Shown here: positions 1-12,200 of the stretch, in pieces
Position numbering within the stretch: the first letter of the stretch is position 1
How the letters are laid out: every line of letters begins with the position of its first letter
Origin: Blasia pusilla
Lineage: Eukaryota
DNA length: 64,000 nt
Assembly (NCBI GenBank): GCA_050084515.1
Contig: CM114271.1
Span: 21,762,001 to 21,826,000 of the forward strand
Direction: 5' to 3'
The notes under the pieces: model-generated
Told to the model about the DNA's origin: nothing
Databases searched by the model: none
What the model saw: only the letters and a program-made list of their open reading frames with translations
Made by a program: the position numbers and the translations under genes

Positions 1-159
1 TTGTCCAAAGAGAGACAAGTGGCAAAAGGTTTTTTCCCTTGTAAGCACATGTACTATGTATTGCTGGCAGTTTTAAGAGAGTCGGAGGTAGGAGTAGGAA
101 TCCACCAACCAATTTTGTCCCTCAAAGAAGTGCGAAGTATTTTAAACAAACCACTTTGA
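1..159 (+). CDS. 3' end of an ORF with a SWIM-type zinc-finger C-terminal half (host gene or TE-derived; partial)
   Basis: Frame 1 is open from the window edge: LSKERQVAKGFFPCKHMYYVLLAVLRESEVGVGIHQPILSLKEVRSILNKPL*. PCKH followed by a hydrophobic helix matches the CxH end of SWIM fingers. The N-terminal CxC would lie outside the window. Confidence 0.45.
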   Translation: MSKERQVAKGFFPCKHMYYVLLAVLRESEVGVGIHQPILSLKEVRSILNKPL

Positions 160-463
160 GGATGCAAAATGAGGTTTTAGACTGTACTTTCATTTTTCCA
201 TAACCTTCACTTTGAGCTTGAACTTCATTCAGCCTAGGGCAAATGATAGATTTTTTCCAGACCTTGGATGGAAAAAGTGATTGGTTCCACACTTATGATT
301 CCACTGATTTTTCAGTTTTCTAAATTTTGTGCAATTTGCAACTCGTCGGACTCAGAGGGGTTGCCAAAATGTGGAAGAGGAAAAAAAACTGTGGGAGTGC
401 TTAAGAACTAAGCAGAAAAGTGCAAAAAAAATCACACAGAAAGTTTCCTCTCTTCAACCCAAC

Positions 464-517
464 GGAAACTCTCTTCAAATCACAGGAAACTCTCTTCAAA
501 TCACAGGAAACTCTCTT
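464..517. repeat. 21-bp tandem repeat, about 2.6 copies
   Basis: ggaaactctcttcaaatcaca repeated exactly. Confidence 0.9.
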
Positions 518-599
518 TTGGTTGAAGGTAGTTTCCTCTCTCCTCTCTCCTCTCTTCCTCTCTTCCTCTCCTCTTACCCCACCTCGCATGTTAGGTACA

Positions 600-1450
600 C
601 TCCCCTGGTTTGCATAGTTTTGTTGATGATACACTCCTCGACACAACCAACAAGTGAAGTTTGGCCCATGCTTATTACCATACAATGGCCTAAGTTTCAC
701 ATGCATTGACTCTATGTAACCCCTTTTTGCTCCAAGTGTCACCACTTTCTCTCTAAGGCTACATGATTGTGTGTGTGGGATGGTTGATGCAAGTGGTGTC
801 TTCATCGTGATCACAAAGAGCCCCTCCTTAGTGACTTGCAACTCAACATGCTCTATCAACAAGAATATCAACTTTTGTGTCAAGCCATTTGGTGATTATG
901 AGATGATTTCCTACACTCACACATGTCTCAATAAGACACAATTGAGCATATGATACCAAGAATATATGGCTTGGGCCTCAATCACCCATGGATGGAAACA
1001 GTCAACCCTTGTTATTAGGTATAGGCCTCACATATATTCTTACCCTATAGATGTTTGAAGTTTTGGATGCTCAATAAATTCTCATTCCAAATATCTCAGT
1101 AGTTGTTTCCCAACTCCTTGAAGAACTCCACAAGCTCGTCAAATGTAGTCAGTTTCCATTGTCTAACTCTAGTTTCTCTCTAATCAACAATGTCTCCTAG
1201 CTCTCCATAAAGCTAGATGAGTCTGGGAGCTCAAGGTTGGTCATAGAAAGCCACAAAATATGATTGGTCACATCCACATAGTTTAGACATATGATTATTT
1301 ATCCTCCATGCCTCAATCTCTAATGCATGCATAGCGAGAGAACTTGTGGCAATCTTCCATTGATGGACCCTCCAAGTGTTGAAACACCATCCTCCAAGAA
1401 ATAAATGGATCATTCTTCCTTGCGTCTCATGGCCCCATGTGCATCAAACC
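600..1450 (-). mobile_element. Highly decayed retroelement gag-like remnant; related copy near 26700-26950
   Basis: Degenerate knuckle-like CWLCRGVYH. Nucleotide similarity between 1040-1130 (gaagttttggatgctc...gtagttgtttcccaactcct) and 26750-26830 (aaagttttggatattc...gtagttcttcctcaactcct). Boundaries approximate. Confidence 0.3.
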
Positions 1451-1833
1451 ATGCTATATAATCTACGGTGGAATCACTTAGCTCTTAGATTCTAGTTGCA
1501 ACCAAAAATTATTGGAGGACACCCTCCCACTATTGTCTCCTATCTCCCACAAGTGAAGTGTGGTGCAAATGGTGGATCCCTATAAAGCGCTAGGAAAGTC
1601 TCTCTATAATGTGCCTTCCTCCTTTGAGGATGACTTGTGTGAGCACCACAAGCATTACTTGGATAGATACTCTCTATACCTCATTTCATTGTGCGTACAT
1701 CCTCCACCACTACTCTCACCAACCCTCCTCTCAAATATTTGAAAGGATATTGTGATCATTTTCATGCCTCTCTTATGTGATTCACTTTCACTTTTGCTCT
1801 CGTGGAGCAAACTAGCTCCTCAACAATCAATAG

Positions 1834-2499
1834 TGTTGGATTCTCAACATCCACTTCTATGAGTACCATTAATATGATCGGCCCCCTTGTATGAGGAGAA
1901 GCCTAGATTGATGGTTCTGACTTTGACGTCAAAGGAGTCATAGTAATATGACGTAGATGGTTTATGGAGTAACGTTACTAGGATTATCTAACCCTATATT
2001 GCATCAGGATGCAAAAATTTTCTAGTAATAGAAATGAAGAAAAGTAGGTAAAAACCCTAGTTTTCCGAGTAGTGAAATAGTCGAGAGCCGCAGCAATAGT
2101 GCATTCTCGTATGTCAAGTTATCTCCGTGTTCAGTTCCATCGAAGCTCTTCTGTGAGCGCACGGACGGACTAGGCCACTTTGTATCTTCAACATTTATAA
2201 TAGATTTATAGTGATTTCATCACTCTGTTTTCTCACATGGTATTAGAGTTGTAGATTCCCTAGTATTTTGTATCTGGCGATCTAGTGTGTTTACACAAAT
2301 TCTTGAGAGATGGCTATTTCTTTTTCAGTTCGTGCTCACCCTCCTCCGCTAGGTGAAGGGAAGTTAGATGGATGTAACTATACATTGTGGAAGTTCAAAA
2401 TGAGAACTATCCTCAAATCATTTGAGATCTGGGAGATGATCACAGCGGTTGATTCGAATCCACAAGCTATTTTGAGTTCTGCATGTTCATCTTCATCTG
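1834..2499 (+). mobile_element. Ty1/Copia family A, 5' fragment: LTR (1834-2237), PBS (2238-2248), start of gag
   Basis: TGTTGG...CTCACA LTR followed by tggtattagag (iMet-type PBS variant). Gag N-terminus KLDGCNYTLWKFKMRTIL. Homologous to the copies at 22229 and 40828-41256. Confidence 0.9.
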
Positions 2500-3331
2500 A
2501 GCACTCAATCTACACTCTCCTTCCCCGAGACGTATAACGTGCGGCAACAAGCGGTGTGGTGCGGAAAATCGACCAGACTATCATCTCATTGATAAGCTAC
2601 CCTCAACTTCGGACATCCCACACATGTCTATGTCCCCTAAACCACATACATAAATGATGCTCTCAGCATCCACACAACCCAATATCCCCAAATAAACTAC
2701 CCAAATCCCGGAATCCTTCACGCGTGCAGGGTAAAGGACCAGAATGGATAACCTAAACACATGTCGATGTCGCTCCTCAGCAACTGCAAATCTTGACCCC
2801 AACTCGGTCGTGGAGACAAATCCTCCAATTAGCAAGTCATACTCCTCTCGTACTGATGCTACTCAGAACTCCTCGATGGATAGTGCGGTTCCAACGGAAC
2901 AGTGCGGCGTTGTAGGCGGCACAAAACGACATGGCCCTCGATGGTGGGATGCGGCACTCGGCGGCATATCCTCCTCAATCAACAATAAACCCACACTCTG
3001 CTCCACAATGACGGTGCGGCTCCGCGATCGAGATGGTGCGGTGTGGCACGGCGTAGCAATTGGTGGCACGTTGCGACTATGAGCATCACGTCACCATACT
3101 CGATCGTCGTCGAGCGACTACCAATCACAACATAGCAGCATGAAATCAAAACTCAAACACCATAATCGAAGGTCATCTGCCATCACTGGTTGATGACCAA
3201 ACTGCGATGATGGTGGCGGCCAAAACAAAGTACGTGGTGGCAACGCAAGTCAGAGAATCAACGAACGTCGTGGAAGACCCTCCACTCCGTACTGGCGGAA
3301 ATGGCAACCAAAGGGTGGACAACGGAGAGTG

Positions 3332-3429
3332 GACCGTTGACGGTGACGGTTGACCATTGATGGTGATGGTTGACCATCAATGGTGATGGTTGACCATCAA
3401 AGATGGACCGTTGACGGTGACTTTGACGG
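3332..3429. repeat. Degenerate 20-bp tandem repeat, about 5 units
   Basis: gacc(g/a)ttga(c/t)ggtga(c/t)ggtt units. Confidence 0.8.
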
Positions 3430-3460
3430 CGACCGCCGCTCCGTGTGGCGGCTGGTTTAG

Positions 3461-4508
3461 GGTTTGAACAATTTAACCCAAAAAATGCCTAGTAGTGGAA
3501 GTTTTGCAAGATTGACCATAACTTTTTTCTTGCAGCTCTAAATTGCACATTGTTTGTTGCACAACATGCACAGCTTCACGATCTACAATACCCTTAAAAA
3601 AATATTTAGAATCGGACATTCCAATAAAAACTGACGGGGATTGTCGTAAATCCCAACGTCTCTTTCTCCTACACAAAATTTGGCAGCGCTTCCGCGCTGA
3701 TTTCTCCCAATGAAAATGTAAAACCTGTCAAATACAAATCAGAAAGCTACATGGTGCTCCCAAGAGCATCAGCATGGGGCAACCCGCTCCCATAATCAAT
3801 CTCTATCAGAAATTGGGCAACGCTTCCCCGCGCCACTCTTCCACACAAAAAATAGGCAAATGCAAAGAATAATCAAAGCAGCCCTTGAGCCGGTGAGGAC
3901 TCCCATGAACTGCTGAACAAGGAACACGGTCCCCAATCTGCAAAAACAACGAATGACCAGCGAGCTCCCCTATGAAGCTCTCTCACTCTCTCATTCTCTC
4001 TTTATAAAGTAAGATCTAATCTCTCTCTACACCATCTCACACCATAGCTCTCAAAGGTGTGCACTCTCTCTCATGTCAAACCAAACCCACACTCCTAATG
4101 AGAGGCTTGGGTTACACTCACAAGGCAAGGGATCATAGCTCGGCCACCTCATGCCAAGAGGTTCAACAAAGAGAGAATGAGCTCTCAAGCTCTCTCTCTC
4201 TCTCTCTCTTGGAGGTATATCCCCTTCCCTCTCCCAAGCCCTCTCAAAGGTAACCTGTGCTCGTAGGTCACCTCCTTGGTTCTTGACCTGCTGTAGCGGG
4301 TCAAGGGCCACTTCCCAAAGTGGAAAGTCAACTATCCCCAATATGGAAACTTGCCCAAATTAGTAAGTTTCTCTATATGGCTTCAAATGAGCCGAAACGA
4401 AGTCATCCCGTGGCCTCAACATGTCATCCTCGACCTCCTGGGCCTGTCCTCCACTACTCATGCAGACGCTCTGCTAGATCCCACCGATCTATCCTAACAG
4501 TTGTGACA
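3461..4508 (-). mobile_element. LTR-like repeat family B, copy 1 (inverted relative to 7446-8506; may extend further left)
   Basis: The reverse complement aligns across about 1.05 kb with 7446-8506. The shared terminus reads TGTCAC. A third fragment lies at 49064-49191. Confidence 0.75.
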
Positions 4509-4879
4509 GATGCAATATGATGATGAATCACATTTAACATAGTGACAAACTATGACAAGTCACTACATCAACTCACATCATCCTCAGCAATAAATGTTGG
4601 CGTAACATATCAAGTTTTCATGGATTTTTACTTTAAAACTTGGATCTGTGTGATTTACTCTAAGAGGCATCAAAACTCCAAATTATAGCATGAACTAACA
4701 TTGAGCAAGTCAATGGCCGTACGGAGCGTGCTTGATGCATTGTTGCAGTGGTGTTGGCGTGACTTTAAGGTGCAAATGGCATGGATGTCAAAGGTGATAA
4801 AGGTGCCTCCGAAAATTTTTACTTGGTGACATAGACGATATAAAAAAAAGTATGAATAAACAATGAAGATAATAGTGTC

Positions 4880-5290
4880 TCCTGCGTGAGCATCTTCCGT
4901 ATATCCTTCATGAATCCTTCTTTCCAGGTCTCTTTCTTTAGGGAACATTGCTCTCAAGACCTGTGTCGTTGATGGCATGTGTTCCTCCTTGCGACTCAAC
5001 GCATCTGGAATCACATTATCTTTACCTGGCTTGTGAATCAACTCAACATCCATCAACGCCAAGGTATCATGCCATCGTAGTTGTTTCGGTGTCACTCGAT
5101 CCTGGGTCTCAAAATACTTGAGTGATATATTATCGGTGAATACTCGAGTCCTGTGGAGCCCTAGATAATGCCGCCACTTCCTCAAGCAATGTACCACCGC
5201 GAACAACTCTTTCTCGTGAGTAGGCCATCTCCTTTCAGTATCGCTAAGCTTCTTGCTCTCGTATGCCACCGGTCTCCCTTCTTGCACCAA
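4880..5290 (-). mobile_element. Gypsy family C fragment (RNase H and linker to integrase)
   Basis: GRPVAYESKKLSDTERRWPTHEKELFAVVHCLRKWRHYL...HKPGKDNVIPDALSR, nearly identical to about 57330-57730. Confidence 0.9.
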
Positions 5291-7049
5291 TATATGATAA
5301 GTTATGAAAACATCACTTTTGAGCTCCTTTTTTATTTTGTGAATATTTCTTAATTCATGATTTTTATTTTGAAAATTTTTCCATACTCATATACGCCAAA
5401 AAAATTTTAATTTAAAATATAAGGGAAATAAAATCATTTTGAAGAATTTACTGGAATAACTTTAAAAAGATCCTAATCCCCCTAAATGTCTCCTAGAACA
5501 TATTAAATGAAAATGAAAATGAAAAAAGATCTAAATTTTAACCCTCCCTCCCTTAACTCGGTTACCTCTCACCGTCTTAATTCTTTTTCGCCTTAAATTG
5601 AAAGATGCCTAAAACATGGCGAAGGATGAATCGATGATTGGGTAGATCCAAGGATCCGATATCTTACTCACACATCAGATAAGCGGACGTAGAGCGGTGT
5701 TCTTCTAACAGATGACCTCTAATTAATTATTCCCGGTTCACAGACAATACTACGATGATCGAACAGAGGTGGAATAATGGATGAATAGACAATCGGTTAA
5801 CTTGAGATTGCAAACTGCGGTTAAGATTATTCCTTTACTTGATTACAGGCAAGTTGGAACTTATAGTTGGGCATTGAGTTTGAGGGATGTGGACATCCAA
5901 CCAATGATCGGGGAGATCCAAGATTACAAGTATTGCTAGCCGGTTAAATTTGAGAATTTCCGATTGATTTAAAAGTTGCCCACGAAAACCGGTTGGAATT
6001 CAAGTTGGTCCTTTGTATTTCATATCTCGAAACCACTTCAAAATCCGGAATTACCGTTTCCGATTGGACATTCCCGGCGATGGACCGCGTCCCGCGGAAA
6101 AACTCCCAAACTTTGCATCCAATGTGACGGGTCCCTACAGTTGAGCGGCGTCACGGCTTGAGGCACCATCTCGATGGACGACATCCAAGCGATCCCGCTG
6201 TGCGGTCAGTTTGTCAGCAGTTGGATGTTCCATTGAAGGCATCACCATAGAGGCGTTGACTCTGTAATGTGATGCGTCTCATCCAACGCCTCGTGTTATG
6301 TCAGTGAGCAATCTTTGAGTTTGTCATTCCGTCTCCGTTACCGGTCTGTAAGCTTGGGGTGCGGGTTGAGCTCTACGAAGGCGGCGGAGGATGGTGAAGA
6401 GGCCGGGATGGATTTGATGGAGTGATGGAGGATGGAGGGGGGTCGTGTGTTATACCGAAACGGAGATATCGGTCTCCTCTACATTTTGATCCGCAACGTC
6501 AATCTTATAGTGAAGTATTTTTCATTTTATTTTATTTCTTAGATTCTTGATTTTTTAGGGTTTCTCATGTAGGTATTAGGGTCCTCTTTGTTGTCTCGTT
6601 TCGTTGTCAAGTCATGAATGTTTCCAAGACAACTCATATTGTTCTTCCACACCACCCCTTTTTCTCTATGTCCTTATCCTGTAGCCACGCATGTTTCTCG
6701 CTCACGTTTGACCTATGTTTTTCTCCCTTATCCCACTCTATTCCCATCTATTTTTTCCTGTCTATTCTCTTTCCATATCATTAGTACCTCCATATTACCT
6801 CTACATTATTTTGGGAAGGGGTTGGGCCATAAGTCCTAGGTGAAGATGGTAGATGAGAGTTCATACTAGGGAGAGCATTTCCGTGGATGGGAAGAGAGTC
6901 GATTACCATTAGAGCTAGTTCGAATGGGGATTGTGGGGCGGATTCTGGTGGGGATTGTCTCTCGAGTTTGATGGAGGGGGTCATGTTCTCTTCTTGGTGA
7001 GCGGTGTCCATGTCTCGAACCTCATCGGCCCCTTGCGTAGGCTCATGGG

Positions 7050-7445
7050 TTGTCTAGTCGGGATACGAAATGCCCTTGTTGTCTCGAATTCTTCACTCGT
7101 TCAGGAATTCGCAACCACTTAGCAGCTAAACATCCTGACTTTGATAAATTTGGATGGATGGTTCCTCCTGTCGATCATGGATGCTCACCGGTGCTTCATG
7201 CATCATTGCCCCCTCTCGAGGCATGGGAGTGGTTGAGGTCCCACCTTGGCAGCATCATAGGTCTCTTTGAGACCCTTTTTCCTTGTCCGAGGTTGTTTCA
7301 TAGGATCCCCCACGCCATTCGGGATGAGCTTTGCCAGAATTTCCTCCTTCCCCTATCTAGAATCACGCTTGATCCTATGGATGAGCTCTCGTGGTATCTA
7401 CTACTTCTCCTTCCACGATGGTGTCTTTGCTATACCTGAGGAGGG
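7050..7445 (+). mobile_element. 5' fragment of a CRE-like non-LTR retrotransposon, cut by an LTR at 7446
   Basis: C2H2 finger CPCCLEFFTRSGIRNHLAAKH, then AWEWL...PRLFHRIP...PLSRITLDP...WYLLLLLPRWCL, collinear with the N-terminus of the element at 35460-35800. Confidence 0.75.
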
Positions 7446-8506
7446 TGTCACGACTGTAAGGATAGATCGGTGGGATCTAGCAGAGCGTGTGCACAAGTAG
7501 TAGAGGACAGACCCAGGAGGTCTAGGATGACCTGTTGAGGCCCCTGGAAACCTGAGAGAGCAGGTTTCCCCTTCGTTTCGGCTCATTTGGAGCCATATAG
7601 AGAAACTTACTATTTCAGGTAAGTTTCCATGTTGGAGATAGTTGAATTTCCACTTTGGGAAGTGGCCCTTGACCCGCTACAGTAGTCAAGAGCTAAGGAG
7701 GTGACATGCAAGCATAAATTACCGTTGAGAGGGCTTGGGAGAGGGAAGGGGATATACCTCCAAGAGAGAGAGAGCGTGAGAGCTCAGTCTCTCTTTGTTG
7801 AATATCTTGGCATAAGTTGGCAGAGTGATGGTCCCTTGCCTTGTGAGTGTAACCCAAGCCTCTTATTAGGAGAGTAGGTTTGGTTTGACATGAGAGAGAG
7901 AGTGCACACTTTTGAGAGCTCTGGTGTGAGATGGTGTAGAGAGAGATTGGATCTTACTTTACAAAGAGAGAATGAAAGAATGAGAGAGCTTCGTGGGGGA
8001 GCTTGCTGGTCACTCGCTGTTTTTGCAGGTTGGGGACCGTGTTCCCCGCTCAGCGGCTCATGGGAGTGCTCACCGGAGCAAAGGCTGCTTTGATTATTCT
8101 TTGCATTTGCCGATTTTTTGTGTGGAAGAGTGGCGCGCGGAAGCGCTGCCCAATTTCTGATAGGGATTAATTATGGGGGCGGGTTGCCCCATGCCGGCGC
8201 TCTTGGGAGCACCTTGTAGCTTGTTGATTTGTATTTTTATAGGTTTTACATTTTTGTTGGGAGAAATCAGCACGGAAGCGCTGCCAAATTTTGTGTAGGA
8301 GAAAGAGACATTGGGATTTACGACAATCCCTGTCAATTTTTACTGGAATGTTCAATTCCAAATATTTTTTGACGTTGTCATAGATCGTGAAGCTACGCAC
8401 GCTGTGCAATAAACAATGCACAATTTGGAGTTGCAAGCAAATAGTTATAGTTAATCTTGCAAAATTTCCATTGCTAGGCAATTTTTAGGGTTAAATTGTT
8501 CAAACC
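7446..8506 (+). mobile_element. LTR-like repeat family B, copy 2
   Basis: Starts TGTCACG exactly where the CRE-like ORF homology stops; inverted homolog of 3461-4508. Confidence 0.75.
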
Positions 8507-9177
8507 ATTAGCGCTCAAATTCTCTGGGTATGCCAAGAAGACACTTACTACTCCTATGTAAATAACATGATATATATATTATTAGATTTTTGAGCCATAG
8601 ATCAACTATTGCAGCATTTGTGCAATATTGAAAGTCATAAAGGACTTATGAGCATGACCTCCATCTTCCTTAACTCACGATGCAACTCAACCTCCATTCA
8701 ATCTACGAAAACCTTGGGTCAATTTACTTGAGGATAGACCTCAACCTCCACAACTATATGACTTAATGAACCTATTTAAGTAAAAACACAACCCTAGACT
8801 TTAAAAAAACATCCCATATTTGATTGTATAAAAAAATCAGATTATGATGATTTTGGGTTGAGGATATCTCCATCATGTGCCCATCGTTTTGCTTATCCAC
8901 AAAATCCCTTAGATTGTATGCACACATCTAACAACTCACTTTTGTAATCCAATGATTGAAGACAAATACCTAAGCTTACATGTCCACTTGAGCTTTATCT
9001 CAATAAGGTTGGGCATGGATACCATCTTTCTACAAGAGTTGTTAGAGGAAGATGTAGTCTGTAGTCTCTCTTCATGAAACTAAAAGACTAGTGCATGCTT
9101 TAATGCTAAGTCCTCTAATCTTGAAGATTCAATTTTTGAGTAATTTTCCACAATCATCTCCCACTAGCTCTCCCACT

Positions 9178-9214
9178 AAAGTGTAGATTAGTGGAATCCA
9201 CTAATCTACACTTT
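9178..9214. repeat. Perfect palindrome (18-bp arms, 1-nt centre)
   Basis: aaagtgtagattagtgga-a-tccactaatctacacttt. Confidence 0.95.
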
Positions 9215-12200
9215 GAAATATGTTTAGGTGAAATATGTTTTTAAATCATGATTTGGGTTCATAATCTCCTTGAAAGTGAATGCAACCTACTAAGTAAACA
9301 TAAATATGTAATTGGGAGAGGTATGAAACATCAACTGCCTCTCACAGTTTTAGAAAAAAGCCCTCTCACAGCTAAACAACCAACCTCTCACATTTTAAAA
9401 AACAATCATAATACAATGTATGAATTGGATCTCCACCAATGTAACTTCGCTTTTACAGGATGATGTAGTAATTATGTCCTAAAACCTGATTCATTGTGCC
9501 TTGTTGAGGTTGGGGTTACATCATGCACGGAACCTCTTCAGAATTGAAACCAGTAAATTAAAAAAATAAAAATCCGAGGTGACATCATTATTACTACTCA
9601 AAAGAGTAGCATAAACCAAAGTTCGTTATGCAATAACGATACCCGCAGTCGCAAGAAAGAGGATCTCGAAACACAAGAGGAATTAGTTATGCCTCCTACG
9701 ATGTAAAGGCGCAATCAATGTGCAAAGAAAGTAAGCAATGTTTCGTTAGTACATCACTCATGAAGATCTGAAGTAGTGTGTTCGAGTTGAAGTCGTAGCC
9801 TCGTCCCAATCGTTCACCATAAAACAAGTGCCATGGCATGTCATACGGGCTTGCCATTGACTCAAAGGTAATACAAGTCAAAACCGCCCCGATTCATGGC
9901 CTCGCCTTGCCACCATACAGTCACCATCGTCACATCGTGTCATGCTCTCGTATGAGGCTATGAGTTTACGATGGAACGTAAGCATTTCACCATCATTGAA
10001 TCGTGTCGGATTCGTGTGAGCTCGCCGTAGCCAGGCGGCCCAGGCTAAGCCAGCAATAGCTGCATCATTTATTTTTATTCTCATGCAATCCACACACGAG
10101 CAGCTAACCAATTCCATTGCCCACCCGCACGCTCCGAAGTGCTGCAATCCTAACACGCGGGTAATTACACACCACTGCTTAACAGCGTACTTAAGAGTGT
10201 ACGCCTTCTCTTTTAGCTGATTAGCTCCACGCCCGCCACGGACTGACTCACTGTGCCACCTTCCAGAATTAACACCGGTCCTTGAACCGTCCTTCTGGTC
10301 ACGTTTACCGGTCCTTATACGTTACTGTGCGTCCTACGTGGCAGAACGACCGGACCCCGTCATGGCGCATTGGGACCTTCATCGGTCCTAAATCCCTAGT
10401 GAGTTCTTCGCCGTCTGACGTGGCATGGGTGGCTTACACGACCTTAGTCCCTGTCGCAGTGAGTCAGACGTAGTCAACATTCTCGAAGACCGACTTACTG
10501 GCCCTGCTACGCTGGACGATATATTCATGGAACATAGGGCAGTCTAGTCTACGGGACTGTGCAAGGTCGCTGCCGCTGGTCTTCTCTGGTTAACCGTAGT
10601 TAATCGCTAGCTAACTCACGTTACTCAACAAGTATGCGGCCCTTTTATAGACATTCGAAATGGCAAGGCAATGTTAGAAGTGCGATGTGAAACGCGTTTA
10701 TTCATATCTGTACTATTACGGGAGAGTGCTTTCTCCCCGTCCAAACATCTCCTTATGACACATGTCGATTTCGGTTAATGAATTTGGTTTCGGGTCTTTT
10801 GTACTTGTTTGGTACGAACACTTTATGGTTTTATTGAGTTGAACTCTTTAGGTTTAATTGTGACGGTTTTTTTTAAGGTTGAATTTTTTTCCTTTGATAA
10901 TTACGATCGGATCGAAGGAGGCCCATCGATGAAGAAGCCCTCTCCCTACTCGAAGAGTTGTGAGGGAGCCTTTAGGGTTTTCGTGCTCTTGAGAACTCTG
11001 CAGAGTCGATTGTATTTATACATTGCATTCAAAGTAGAAACTCCCGAGCACATTCAATGCGCACTTCAATCGCATACTCAGGTAATTGTTTACTTCAACC
11101 AAATTTTTACCATTGAGAGTTGATACTCTGCGCTTTATTCATATGTCCAGGCAATTACAACTTTGTTCCTTCTAAGAGTTACAAAGCTCTATTCATATCC
11201 TTATGCAAGATATGATACCCCGCCTCCCTCTTCTCCAGAGATTGCTGCGAGGGACATTCCCCATTTTGCAATCTTCCTCCTCTGTTTATAGATTTCCTGT
11301 GCCCGCCCCGCCCCGCCCATCGAGCGCGCTCCCTGGCCTATGCACAATCTACTCTTACAATCATATGTGCTTTGTGCATTCTTTGTAGTCCACAAGTTAA
11401 GCACCTCGAGCTTCAAGCTCAACTTTTCAAGAAGCTCCTAAGCCACCTCTCGTCTCTAGCACCTCCCGGATTGAATGTTCCTCCAACTCGAGTATCAGTT
11501 CACATTGACAAATTTCTCCAAGAGCTCTCAAGTCATCTCATGTCTCCAACATCTCCTGATTTGAAAGTTCCTCCATGTTCATCTTCAAATTTAGTAGTGC
11601 TCCCGATTCACCTCCCGTTTCTTCCTCCTGGGACAACTCCAATCTCTCCTTTGCAAACACTACTTCAACAATGGTGCAGAACACATCGAAGCTACAGAAA
11701 AGACCAACATGGCAGCCACTGAATAATCGAAAAGAAATCCACACAAGGAAAGAGAAAGGGTGCATCCAAAGTCACTTCATCAAAGAAGCATTACGGTGCA
11801 AATCATGTTGATCTTCAACCTTTGGAATGTTCCAAATGGTCTTCCATCTCTCAAGAGGACTGTGTGCGTCTGAGCAAGTGGAAGAAGTCACACTTCGGAA
11901 TTAGCCCTCCTTGGGGTACAAAACTCAACCTTGAGCATGCTCCTGGGCTCGAAGACCCGATGAAGGACTCTCTCTCTGTTGGGGAAGAGCCTTTGTTATC
12001 TGAAAAAAGGATATTTTCCTAACCCAATTGATCGCGGAGTTGGAAAAGGATGTTCAAATAGAAGTCCAAGGGAACCCCCAGTATCACCTTATGAGGCCTT
12101 GCGACGAAAGAAAATTTAATTCAAAGAAGCCTTTGCAAATTAAACGCCTGAAAACACCACACCCACCCCGATATGCAAGAATGTTGCTCACCTTCTTAGA

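Noticed and set aside
2581..2835. Copia protease remnant on the minus strand
   Set aside because: Only a vague resemblance (DSG, V.G.GDI); motif order and spacing are not convincing.
6170..6310. H/ACA snoRNA or miRNA precursor
   Set aside because: Stems are short, no properly placed H or ACA box, and no match to conserved plant miRNAs that I recall.
3461..8506. Mutator/Pack-MULE with long TIRs
   Set aside because: No 8-10-bp TSD at the outer ends; the sharp TG termini are at the inner ends, and a third fragment is attached to a Gypsy element.
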